Below the pieces are notes generated by a model. It searched no databases, had not been told where the DNA came from, and was given only the letters and a program-made list of their open reading frames with translations. DNA of 64,000 bases from an uncultured bacterium (GTDB lineage: Bacteria > Oederibacteriota > JAAXVQ01 > JAUVAV01): positions 211,605 to 275,604 of the forward strand of contig CAVQBK010000003.1 in NCBI GenBank assembly GCA_963710755.1, read 5' to 3'. A program made the position numbers and the translations under genes. The first letter of the stretch is position 1. Each line of letters opens with the position of its first letter. This document shows, in pieces, positions 37,354 to 46,446 of the stretch.

Positions 37354-37572
37354 GTTCTACGGGACGTTAACAACTTAACAACTTTATATTTTTTCGTTCA
37401 CAAATCTCCCTTCCTTTTTCGAACCATTTCGATACCGCTTGTTCTTTGGCGCTCACTTAAATGTCTGTCACCCTGGTAAATTCAGTCGTTTTTGTCGTGG
37501 CATGGTGTAATTATAACTGCATTTATTTGGAACTGTCTATTAAGTTGTTATGTTGTTAACGTCCCCTAGAAC
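37354..37572. mobile_element. MITE-like element, copy B (inverted relative to copy A)
   Basis: Reverse complement of copy A with TIRs GTTCTACGGGACGTTAACAAC / GTTGTTAACGTCCCCTAGAAC. Confidence 0.7.
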
Positions 37573-37726
37573 TAACGTTCTATTCCCAGACTTTTTCTTT
37601 TTTCATTTCACTTTTTTACAAAAAAAGGACATGCCTATAGTTTCAAGTTAGACATGTCCCCTAATCTTATCCAAAATAAAAACCCACCCGACTAGCTTTA
37701 GGTGGGTTAATTAAAATGCTCTATTA

Positions 37727-38092
37727 TTAACTCTGAAAATAATGTTTATATTTTTTCGGCAACGCTTTTGATTTCGCGCCACCTTTTTTAATCTTTGAAA
37801 CTAATTTTTCAGAGGCATCTGGTTTCCTAATATGGCTTTTATTTGCTGACCAAGCTAAAATATCAGATAGTAATTCTTCTTTTACTCGAATATAATTCAC
37901 AAAGGATTTCTTTTTTACAAACGGATGTTCACCCGGTTCAATTATACAAGAACGGTCACATGGCCTATCTTCGCGTACTGTCGAAAGACTCACAAGTAAA
38001 CAATGTGTCTCGTTATTACAAACAACGAAAAACAGATGATGGGAAGAAGGACTGTCAGTAGGGATTAAAAAAGCAGCACCAATTAATGACAT
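37727..38092 (-). CDS. Hypothetical protein, candidate toxin partner of the Panacea-domain antitoxin (121 aa)
   Basis: Overlaps the upstream Panacea gene by 10 nt in an AT-rich context. Ends Lys-rich. No family recognised. Confidence 0.35.
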   Translation of the reverse strand: MSLIGAAFLIPTDSPSSHHLFFVVCNNETHCLLVSLSTVREDRPCDRSCIIEPGEHPFVKKKSFVNYIRVKEELLSDILAWSANKSHIRKPDASEKLVSKIKKGGAKSKALPKKYKHYFQS

Positions 38093-38640
38093 TCCAAAAA
38101 TTGCTTTGCTTTATTAAAGCGGTGAATGTCCTTTTCAATTTCTTTTATAACTTGTGTGGATTTCCCAACGGCTCTAAAAATATCTTCGATTTCAATGGGT
38201 TTTGATGAACCTTCGGGGTCTTGCCACTCTTTTAAATACCTATGACAGTATTTTTCAATTTGCCACTGATTAAAATGCCTAAACTTGTGTGAAACTTTTT
38301 CTATTAGCTCTATCTCTCTTTCGCTTAACTCTCCATCCTCACATTCATTATGAGCGGAAACGTTATAATTATTCCGCACTATATGTTTATGCCAATAGGA
38401 GTCTTCCCCTGGTTTTGGTTTATAATTAATAGTATCCAATATTTCACTTACAACTGGACCATGAGGCAATGAAAAATACCTGTCACAAGTAATAGGTGCT
38501 TCCCATTTTTTCAAAGCTTCCCTGTCTGCAATATATAGAAGCTTGATTAGCTTCATATAGTTAATACGCCCACCTTCTTTTTTAATAAAATGGCAGGCTG
38601 CTTGTGTTGCTTTTTTAATATCAAACTCGAATTGGATCAT
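38083..38640 (-). CDS. Panacea-domain (DUF4065, SocA-like) putative antitoxin
   Basis: N-terminal MKLIKLLYIADREALKKWEAPITCDRYFSLPHGPVVSEI matches the Panacea core (KLxKLLYxADRE...GxPxxx..Y.A...GPV). Confidence 0.6.
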   Translation of the reverse strand: MIQFEFDIKKATQAACHFIKKEGGRINYMKLIKLLYIADREALKKWEAPITCDRYFSLPHGPVVSEILDTINYKPKPGEDSYWHKHIVRNNYNVSAHNECEDGELSEREIELIEKVSHKFRHFNQWQIEKYCHRYLKEWQDPEGSSKPIEIEDIFRAVGKSTQVIKEIEKDIHRFNKAKQFLECH

Positions 38641-38986
38641 TTTAACCGCCCCTTATTTACCCGAATTCGGCCCAATTTCTAGTGAATTCGCCTACACTTT
38701 CATAATAGTTTCGTCTCAATAGTTGATATTGTTTAGACCCTGATTTGACTTTAAATACCGCTTAAGCGGTATTTAACTATATAGAAGTATAGCATACGCC
38801 CCGATATAAACACAACATATTGTCCAGCTCACCCAAGTTGCCTAAAGCCATTTGTCGTATCCAACCAGTATTAAACCCTTATAAATCAACGGTTTTCCCT
38901 CATCCAGAGTGCGCCTTCTCGACGCTATCCATCATGTCATCCTTTTTTGAATTCTCGCCCCTGAAGGTTCTGCACTGTAATGTTGG

Positions 38987-39204
38987 TTCTAGGGGACGTT
39001 AACAACTTAACAACTTTATATTTTTCCGTTCACAAATCTCCCTTCCTTTTTCGAACCATTTCGATACCGCTTGTTCTTTGGCGCTCACTTAAATGTCTGT
39101 CACCCTGGTAAATTCAGTCGTTTTTGTCGTGGCATGGCGTAATTATAACTGCATTTATTTGGAACTGTCTATTAAGTTGTTATGTTGTTAACGTCCCCTA
39201 GAAC
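38987..39204. mobile_element. MITE-like element, copy C (same orientation as copy B)
   Basis: Near-identical to copy B. TIRs GTTCTAGGGGACGTTAACAAC / GTTGTTAACGTCCCCTAGAAC. Confidence 0.7.
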
Positions 39205-39285
39205 ACAGACCCGGGTATCCGGGACGAGCCTAACTGATTAACTTAAGCTTCTTGTTCCCCACTATTTCCACGCCCTCGCCGGCTC

Positions 39286-39513
39286 TTATTTTTTATCCGC
39301 CTTGCCCGGCTGATCCCCTTGGGTGCTGATATGCACGCCGGGCACGGAAACATCGGTGTTGCCATTGTCATCGGTACTGATATGCACCCCGGGCAGGTTC
39401 ACGCGCACGCCCTGATCGGATACGTGGATGCCCACCATGCCATTGCTTTTTGAACCGCAGGCCGCGAGACCCACCAAACTCATCCCCACCAAAACCCACG
39501 CCATTATTTTCAT
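39286..39513 (-). CDS. Small lipoprotein with duplicated PGVHIST motif (75 aa)
   Basis: Signal peptide ending LAAC (lipobox). Internal repeat LPGVHISTDDNGNTDVSVPGVHISTQGD. Confidence 0.5.
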   Translation of the reverse strand: MKIMAWVLVGMSLVGLAACGSKSNGMVGIHVSDQGVRVNLPGVHISTDDNGNTDVSVPGVHISTQGDQPGKADKK

Positions 39514-39687
39514 GCCCGCCTCCGAAATTAAGATAGATTATGCTTCTGGTCACATGTCTTCAGTATCGGAAAATAGAAATCAAACTCAACGCTGAGCATC
39601 CGGCATGCCTTCGCTCCACCGGCGAGAAAACTTCAATGCCAGATAGCGCCTTTTCCCCATAGCCTTGGCCTGCTTGCGGAATGCTTT

Positions 39688-41058
39688 TTACCGATCCCCC
39701 TGGACCGCCTCTTCATTCAGCAGGCCTTCAATATTCTCAACAACTAAAAAATTCAGCTCTTTGCCTCGTTTACGCTCCTCTAAAAACCCTTTCTTGGCCA
39801 GATCCAACAAATCCGACCGGGCCGTGCCCCAGGAGATGGCATTTGAATTTTGATAGTTTTTAATGGTATAGGCAAAGTCCTTATGGTTGATGGCATGATT
39901 TAACAGATCGATCTGCCGATAGTTTAAATCCTCTCTTCTTTTTATCCTGGTTCTGAGCCGATGATAGTTAACCACTTTCTTTTCAACATAGGCTTCCAGC
40001 GCTTCGATACTTTTTCGAATAATACTTAGATGATAATAAATAAAATAATTTAAATCTCCGCCGTCGCATTCGGTATTTAAATAAGCCCTTTTATATTGGC
40101 CTTTGGATTGATTGATCATTTCCGAAATGGAAACATATTCAAATAATTTATACTGCTTGCTAATCAGGTACCAATAAAACAATCCCCGGGCCGTCCGGCC
40201 GTTGCCGTCGGTAAAGGGATGGATATAACCGATCATAAAGTGGAGGATAATGGCTTTTATAACCGGGTGAACGAACTCCTGGTCGTCATTGGCAAAGTCA
40301 CATAAGGCCTGGATTCTCTGCTCCACTTCTGCATAAGGGGGCGGTATAAACAAGACTTCCTGGTCCGCATCATGTACATTAACCTGTTCTTTTCTAAAAG
40401 AACCTTCTTCCTCAGGATTTTCCAACAACCCGGCAGTTAAATCTTGATGTATTTTTTTAATTAATTCCGGGGAGAGCTTTTGGGTTTTATACTGCTTGGT
40501 TATTTTAATAATCGCACTATAGTTATTGATGATCATTTTTTCATCCTGCGTTTTTGGTTTCTTGCCGGCCTTGATCATTTCCTTGGCTTGTTTGCGCGTG
40601 GTGGCCGCGCCTTCTATTTGGGATGAAGTGATGGCTTCTTCCATCAACGCGTGTATGATTCTTTGTTTCAGCCATTCTTCCTTGTGGTCTTCTTCGCCGG
40701 CATTTTGAAAAACCATATTATCCGAAAGATGGATATCGACATAGTGGATCTCTTTTAAGATGCTGTTGGTTAATTTATAGGAAAAGGGGCTATTTTTAAT
40801 ATCCACCAAGCCCTTGGTTTCCAGACTCTGCGAACGTAAAAAAATTTTCATATAAAGCCATAAGGTTAAATGATCATAACTGCTTTCCGGTAAGGGACTA
40901 TTAGAGAACTTGTTCCAGGTCCAGTACTCTTCATAGGCTTGATTAAGAAAAATGCTTAGTTCTTTTTTCGCGTGAAGCTGTTTATGAATCGTCAATAACG
41001 TCATCATTAAATCATCATTGAGCTTTTCCACTATATTGGGAAAGTATGGTTTTTGCAC
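39688..41058 (-). CDS. Fic-family protein (class II, with inhibitory SxxxEG helix), 456 aa
   Basis: Fic motif HPFTDGNGRTAR. Inhibitory motif SSQIEG lies N-terminal to the core. GTG start. AT-rich. Confidence 0.8.
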   Translation of the reverse strand: MQKPYFPNIVEKLNDDLMMTLLTIHKQLHAKKELSIFLNQAYEEYWTWNKFSNSPLPESSYDHLTLWLYMKIFLRSQSLETKGLVDIKNSPFSYKLTNSILKEIHYVDIHLSDNMVFQNAGEEDHKEEWLKQRIIHALMEEAITSSQIEGAATTRKQAKEMIKAGKKPKTQDEKMIINNYSAIIKITKQYKTQKLSPELIKKIHQDLTAGLLENPEEEGSFRKEQVNVHDADQEVLFIPPPYAEVEQRIQALCDFANDDQEFVHPVIKAIILHFMIGYIHPFTDGNGRTARGLFYWYLISKQYKLFEYVSISEMINQSKGQYKRAYLNTECDGGDLNYFIYYHLSIIRKSIEALEAYVEKKVVNYHRLRTRIKRREDLNYRQIDLLNHAINHKDFAYTIKNYQNSNAISWGTARSDLLDLAKKGFLEERKRGKELNFLVVENIEGLLNEEAVQGDR

Positions 41059-41396
41059 TTTAATGCACCTTTTTCTATCAATTTATAAATTTTTAATACT
41101 TGTTAACACTATATCAACAAAATCTATCAATTTAAATAAAATTAATACTTTGTTATATTTAACTATTAATATTTATTAGTTTTTAAATTTTTGATACTTT
41201 GCTTGATGAATTTAGGATTAATTAAATTAAAAGACATTTTCATTTAATTAATTTTGGTTAAGTAAAAGAAGGCTTAATTATTAAGACGCTAATTAAAGGA
41301 ATCTCAGTGGATAGCACCAAAATTACCGCATATATTTTTATCCGGTCGAAAAATCGGTGGCTGGCGCCAAAACCCCGACTCTATGATTGGCCGTCC

Positions 41397-42554
41397 TCAC
41401 TCTACGCCTTCATTCAACAGCCCTATATACGCACTGTAGGCATATATCCTACCCCGCTGTTTACCGCTGATTTCTTTGACGATCCCCAAACGCTCAAGCT
41501 GATTAAAGGCCGACACAATGGTGGGGGTGGTCAGGCCTGTCAGCTTTTTCATTTTTTTAATCGATAAAATGAGATGTTGCTCCATTTCACGGTGGAGGCG
41601 GAGGGCCGTGGTGGCACCTCTGCCGGTCTGCTGCAGGGCTTGCCGGTCTTGATTAACCAAAGCCATTAGTCTCTTGGCTGTATCCACGGCATTGCCCGCT
41701 GTTTCAATGAGGCCATCGGCAAAGAAGTCGAGCCAACTTTCCCAGTCTCCTTCAAGGCGCACCTGCTCCAGCAACTTGTAATACATCTCTTTATGTTTTT
41801 TAAAGTAAAGACTCATATACAGCATGGGCTGGGATAGTATTTTTTCTGTATATAATAATAATGTAATCAGCAACCTGCCGATACGGCCGTTGCCATCCAA
41901 AAAGGGATGGATCGTTTCAAACTGCACATGGGCCAGCGCCACTTTGATTAAAGCCGGTGTTCTGGTTTCCGCATTATGCAGGTACTTTTCAAAAGCATCA
42001 AGACACTCCATTAATAATTCCGGCGGTGGGGGCACAAAGCCGGCATTGCCCGGTCTGGTGCCGCCCACCCAATTTTGACTTTTTCTGAATTCTCCGGGAT
42101 TTTTACCGGCCCCCCTTCCCTGGGATAACAGCACTTGGTGTATTTCCCGGATAAGACGCAATGACAGAGGAAACCCTTCTTCCATCCGTTTTAACCCATG
42201 ATTGAGTGCAGCGACATATTGAGAAACTTCCTCCACATCATCGATTGGTACCCCGGGCATGGCTTCCGATTCATAAATGAGCAAATCTGAAAGGGACGAT
42301 TGCGTGCCTTCGATCCTGGAGGACATCACCGCCTCTTTACGGATATAAGCATATATAAAATAGGTAATATCGGGCAACAAGATCGCCGCACTGTCGAGCC
42401 GTCCTAAGCTGATTAAAGCCTGATCCAGTTTCAGACGTAAACCATCGTCAATAGCCAATTTCTTAAAATCCGGTATGGGATAGGGGACAAAGGCCTTGAC
42501 CTGTTCATCATAAACAGTTGTTGTAATATATCGTCCTGTTACCTCTTTAGTCAT
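41397..42554 (-). CDS. Fic-family protein (class II), 385 aa
   Basis: Fic motif HPFLDGNGRIGR and inhibitory motif SSRIEG. Confidence 0.8.
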   Translation of the reverse strand: MTKEVTGRYITTTVYDEQVKAFVPYPIPDFKKLAIDDGLRLKLDQALISLGRLDSAAILLPDITYFIYAYIRKEAVMSSRIEGTQSSLSDLLIYESEAMPGVPIDDVEEVSQYVAALNHGLKRMEEGFPLSLRLIREIHQVLLSQGRGAGKNPGEFRKSQNWVGGTRPGNAGFVPPPPELLMECLDAFEKYLHNAETRTPALIKVALAHVQFETIHPFLDGNGRIGRLLITLLLYTEKILSQPMLYMSLYFKKHKEMYYKLLEQVRLEGDWESWLDFFADGLIETAGNAVDTAKRLMALVNQDRQALQQTGRGATTALRLHREMEQHLILSIKKMKKLTGLTTPTIVSAFNQLERLGIVKEISGKQRGRIYAYSAYIGLLNEGVE

Positions 42555-42736
42555 GACATCCTCTTAATTAAAGTATATCGGATTTAGATTTAATTAAATT
42601 TATTTTAGTAAAAGAAAGCTTATTTGGCAACTTATTAATTAAAGTATAACTGTTTTTCTTTTAATTAATAGAAAATAACGCTGGAGACGCCATATTTATT
42701 TGCCATGACTGTTCTAGTCAATAGGGTCGGGAAATT

Positions 42737-42973
42737 GGTGGCTGTTACCGGTTGCGCCTATAATTTTCCACGCTGCGGTCATAGGTCTTTTCCGCTTTGG
42801 CGTCAAAATAACAAGCCGGCAATTCGCCCCTCTTGCGGTGATAGTGAAGGCATTCACAGCAGAGGCCCTTGCGGGAACAGGGGTAGGAACAATTGCAGTC
42901 GTTTCTATTATGCTCTTGTTTGCATTCCACCGGCTGATCTCCCCTACAAAAATCTTTCTTCCATTCCGGCGTT
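42737..42973. repeat. 237-bp direct repeat, copy 1 (second copy at 45329-45565; 1 mismatch)
   Basis: Seen directly. Contains the Cys-rich mini-ORF on the minus strand. Confidence 0.8.
42745..42930 (-). CDS. Cys-rich small protein (N-terminally truncated copy; [21 protein letters not shown])
   Basis: 61 aa from a GTG start. Identical to the C-terminal 61 aa of 45337-45573 except R/M at one position. Confidence 0.35.
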   Translation of the reverse strand: MECKQEHNRNDCNCSYPCSRKGLCCECLHYHRKRGELPACYFDAKAEKTYDRSVENYRRNR

Positions 42974-43052
42974 TGATAACACGAATATGGATCTTATTTG
43001 ACCCTTCGAATGCCGGGAGCCTTCGCGCTTGGCATCCCTTAAAGCTGCTGCT

Positions 43053-44147
43053 TCATTTAATTTCATCTTTCACTTCCGGAACCCGTATAAATAAATTAAA
43101 CAACTTGTGATTGATATAATAAATCGAATTGCCCATCTTCTTTTTCTTTAAAAATCCACCATCTACCAATTCGTTTAAATATTTTGTGGCCGTGATCCTG
43201 GTTATGTTTAAATCCCGTTTCAGAAAATCTATTTTCGTATAGGGATGAAAAAATAAATTGTTTAAAAGATCCTGGCTATAAAAGCGGTATTTTTGGCGAA
43301 TCTCATGCTTGTAGGCCATCATTAATTCTCTGATTTTCAGGATGATGTGTATGGTTTGACGCGACGTTTGTTCAATCCCGGCAAGTATGAATAAAATCCA
43401 TTCTTCCCAAGCTTCCCGATCCCGTACGGCTTGTAAAAGACGATAATAATCATTTTTATTTTTAATAATGTATCGGCTGAGGTACAGCACCGGTATGTTT
43501 AATAACTTTTTTTGAACCAAATATAAAATATTGAGGATGCGTCCTGTCCTTCCATTGCCGTCATAAAAAGGATGGATGCTTTCAAATTGATGGTGAATCA
43601 CCGCCATCTTAATTAAAGGATCTATCGGCGAAATGTGATCATCATTGATATACTTCTCCAAGTTATTCATCAAACGCAAAATATCATCGGCATTTTGTGG
43701 TGGCGTATAGACCGTCTCACCGGTTTGATTATTTTTGAGTTCTGTTCCTGGAAGTTTTCGATATCCGGCCTTATGTTTAACCAATTCAGATTGAATTTCC
43801 AGTATAGTGTTGCTGGTCAACATGCCGCTCTTTTGCACCAACTGGAATCCTTTTTTCAATGCAATGGCATAATTTTGAACCTCTTTGGTTGCCGGACTGG
43901 TTTGCATCTCTTTAAAAAGACCAAGTTTAAACAATTCATCTTGGGTGGTAATAATATTTTCAATTGCAGAACTATCCTTAGCTTCCTGAAGGCCTAACGA
44001 ATTGATTAAAATATTTTGATTGGGTATGGTTTGCGAAATGCCTTTTAGTTCTGCTAAATATCTGTGCGCTCGGGCTGCTTTTTTTAATATCTCCTTTGAT
44101 TCAAGATCCGCTTTGGGCGGCAGATTATTTAACTGGTACATGGGCAC
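43053..44147 (-). CDS. Fic-family protein (class II), 364 aa
   Basis: Fic motif HPFYDGNGRTGR and inhibitory motif SSAIEN. Confidence 0.8.
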   Translation of the reverse strand: MPMYQLNNLPPKADLESKEILKKAARAHRYLAELKGISQTIPNQNILINSLGLQEAKDSSAIENIITTQDELFKLGLFKEMQTSPATKEVQNYAIALKKGFQLVQKSGMLTSNTILEIQSELVKHKAGYRKLPGTELKNNQTGETVYTPPQNADDILRLMNNLEKYINDDHISPIDPLIKMAVIHHQFESIHPFYDGNGRTGRILNILYLVQKKLLNIPVLYLSRYIIKNKNDYYRLLQAVRDREAWEEWILFILAGIEQTSRQTIHIILKIRELMMAYKHEIRQKYRFYSQDLLNNLFFHPYTKIDFLKRDLNITRITATKYLNELVDGGFLKKKKMGNSIYYINHKLFNLFIRVPEVKDEIK

Positions 44148-44562
44148 ATTTAACTCCTGGGCGCAGTTATGTATAAAAACATTAAAATTTTATATATTGT
44201 GCAATAAGTATGTATATTTTTAACCATTTATTATACATGCGATTGTAATTATCCTTTTTTATCAAGCATTTTATGGTACTTCATTTTTATGGTCTTATTG
44301 CCTTTTTGATCTGAATGTCAATAAAAAAGACGGTTTTTGAAATTGTAGAGGGGGTATCGGGGACGCTCTTAACTAATCCAACTTAAGCTTTTTGTTCCCC
44401 ACTATTTCCACGTCCTCGCCAATACCTTGCTGGACTGCCTCATCGCTTATCCCCAAATATTTCCCTATCCCGGTTTTAGAGTGGCTACCTGGGACGTCCT
44501 TCGATAATATGATATCCCTTGTGCAGTGCAATTTTGCAGTCGCGTGCAATAATAGCCGGCAC

Positions 44563-44928
44563 CTATTTCGAAGGAAGTAGTCTGGCCATTTGGCTGACCA
44601 ATTCAGGCACATGCTGCTTGGCTACTCTCCACAAAAGTTCATCTTCGATTTCTCCGTATTCGTGGGCAATGACATTTCTTTGAGCAATAATCTTTCCCCA
44701 TGGAATTTGAGGATTATTTTTTTGAAAGGACTTTGATACTTTATTGGCAGCTTCACCAATAATTTCAATATTTCTTTCTATCGCATTTCGAAGTTTTCTA
44801 TCTGAAGCATAATCATGATAGGTCTGATCAGCTATGAATTCCATAACCGCTTTCCCTGCATCCAGCATATCCCACAGGTAGGCCAGATCCCTCTCTTCAG
44901 GCTGCATAAATAACCTCTCGATTATCAA
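44563..44928 (-). CDS. hepT: HepT-like HEPN-domain toxin (DUF86)
   Basis: 121 aa. RNVIAHEY is the Rx4HxY HEPN motif. Overlaps the mntA-like gene by 32 nt. Confidence 0.75.
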   Translation of the reverse strand: MIIERLFMQPEERDLAYLWDMLDAGKAVMEFIADQTYHDYASDRKLRNAIERNIEIIGEAANKVSKSFQKNNPQIPWGKIIAQRNVIAHEYGEIEDELLWRVAKQHVPELVSQMARLLPSK

Positions 44929-45199
44929 GGATGGCTTGCCTGCGATAAGGATTCCTTATTCCTTTCTTGGATACCAGGTCGACTTTTTTCAAAAACAAGG
45001 CCTCCAGCTCATGCTGCATATCAATCCAATCGTATAGACTCCAGCCGGAATTATTGAGAAACTCCACCAGCACATCAACATCGCTGTTGGAGGTAAAATC
45101 GTCACGAAGAACAGAACCAAAAAATGAAAGTTCCGCTATCTTCCATTTTTGGCAAAAATCTCTTATTTTTTGGTGATCAATACTGATGTGAGGACTCAT
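44897..45199 (-). CDS. mntA: MntA-like minimal nucleotidyltransferase antitoxin
   Basis: 100 aa. GSVLRDDFTSNSDVDVLVEF is the GSx10DxD NTase motif. Confidence 0.75.
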   Translation of the reverse strand: MSPHISIDHQKIRDFCQKWKIAELSFFGSVLRDDFTSNSDVDVLVEFLNNSGWSLYDWIDMQHELEALFLKKVDLVSKKGIRNPYRRQAILDNREVIYAA

Positions 45200-45328
45200 T
45201 TTTATTCCTTAACCAAGTGATGAATTTATGATGACAGATATTTGATGACGAGGCAATATTTTATTGTTGTCTAAGCTGTCAATAACAATAGCATGCACCG
45301 GTTGAGATCCATCGGTATGAGAAAAACC

Positions 45329-45565
45329 GGTGGCTGTTACCGGTTGCGCCTATAATTTTCCACGCTGCGGTCATAGGTCTTTTCCGCTTTGGCGTCAAAA
45401 TAACAAGCCGGCAATTCGCCCATCTTGCGGTGATAGTGAAGGCATTCACAGCAGAGGCCCTTGCGGGAACAGGGGTAGGAACAATTGCAGTCGTTTCTAT
45501 TATGCTCTTGTTTGCATTCCACCGGCTGATCTCCCCTACAAAAATCTTTCTTCCATTCCGGCGTT
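45329..45565. repeat. 237-bp direct repeat, copy 2
   Basis: One mismatch relative to 42737-42973. Confidence 0.8.
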
Positions 45566-45573
45566 ATATCCAA
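45337..45573 (-). CDS. Cys-rich small protein (full-length copy, 78 aa; 9 Cys)
   Basis: [48 protein letters not shown]... ATG start present only in this copy. Confidence 0.4.
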   Translation of the reverse strand: MDITPEWKKDFCRGDQPVECKQEHNRNDCNCSYPCSRKGLCCECLHYHRKMGELPACYFDAKAEKTYDRSVENYRRNR

Positions 45574-45696
45574 CCTGGAACTATCGGTTGGCCGTGCAGG
45601 GTACAGGCAGGCCGGTACCCTGCAACAAGGTTTTTTTAAATGCTGCCCAAGGATGAGGTCGCACTTCTTTTTATTACACCCTGAACATTAATAGCA

Positions 45697-46377
45697 TCAG
45701 GCCGTCCTTTTTTTACTTCTGCTTTTCTGCTTAACCGCTTTAACCGCCGCGATCAAGGGTTTATAGCGTTTGGCCTGTTCATCGAATTCATAAAATTTGG
45801 CATGTTTGATGTCAAACCACCAGGCATGAAGCTGCAGGGTGCCCTGATTGATCCGTCGGTAGATGGGGGGATAGGTTTTGAGATGGCTCAATTGCATGAG
45901 CACATTAAGCTGGGAGATTTGATTGAGATCGGACAAGGACTCATCGATCTCCACGGTCTCCTCCACCTCCGCGATGGAAGCACGCTGCAGGCGTAGCCAT
46001 GATTCCAGATTGGGCATGCCGTCCAACGCCATGCCCTGATAAATGACCTGCATGGCCCCGCATTCGGAATGGCCGCAGACGATGATGTCCTTGACGTCTA
46101 ATTGAAAAAGCGCGTACTCAATGGCCGCGCCTACAGAAACGCTTCCGGCCGAGAGGCCGCCCGGTCCGCAAGGCGGGACCATGTTGCCGATATTGCGGAT
46201 GATGAACAAGTCCCCCGGTTGGCCTGAGGTCATGGCGGAAGGCAAAATGCGGCTGTCCGCACAGGTCAAAAACAGGGCCTGCGGTTTCTGCCCTTTGATC
46301 AAGGGCGCGATTTTCTTTTGATAGTGGGCTTGCTGTTCCAGCTCGAATTTTTTAATGCCCTCTATGAGTCTTTTCAT
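45697..46377 (-). CDS. Beta-class carbonic anhydrase
   Basis: LTCADSRILP (CxDSR) and IIVCGHSECGA (HxxC) zinc-ligand motifs. Confidence 0.8.
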   Translation of the reverse strand: MKRLIEGIKKFELEQQAHYQKKIAPLIKGQKPQALFLTCADSRILPSAMTSGQPGDLFIIRNIGNMVPPCGPGGLSAGSVSVGAAIEYALFQLDVKDIIVCGHSECGAMQVIYQGMALDGMPNLESWLRLQRASIAEVEETVEIDESLSDLNQISQLNVLMQLSHLKTYPPIYRRINQGTLQLHAWWFDIKHAKFYEFDEQAKRYKPLIAAVKAVKQKSRSKKRTA

Positions 46378-46446
46378 TTGCGCTCCTGTAAGGGATTAGC
46401 GGCGCCCACCCTGGCCGCCATGGTCTGTGCCCATTGCCCGGCTGGT

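Noticed and set aside
22850-39250. Possibility that the repeated sequences are a CRISPR array
   Set aside because: Repeats are 90-237 bp, irregularly spaced kilobases apart, with terminal inverted repeats. There are no short regularly spaced direct repeats and no cas genes.
41307-41567. 86-aa plus-strand ORF in the AT-rich Fic1/Fic2 spacer
   Set aside because: Overlaps the 3' end of the Fic2 gene in antisense and lies in low-complexity AT-rich DNA. No motif or RBS.
44373-44612. 79-aa minus-strand ORF downstream of hepT
   Set aside because: Overlaps the hepT 3' end out of frame with no RBS or motif. Likely spurious.
22850-45690. Integrase or tRNA gene marking the island boundary
   Set aside because: I looked for Tyr/Ser recombinase motifs and for tRNA-like cloverleaf sequence at both island edges and found none. 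The only HuH/Y1 transposase-like ORFs are degenerate fragments.
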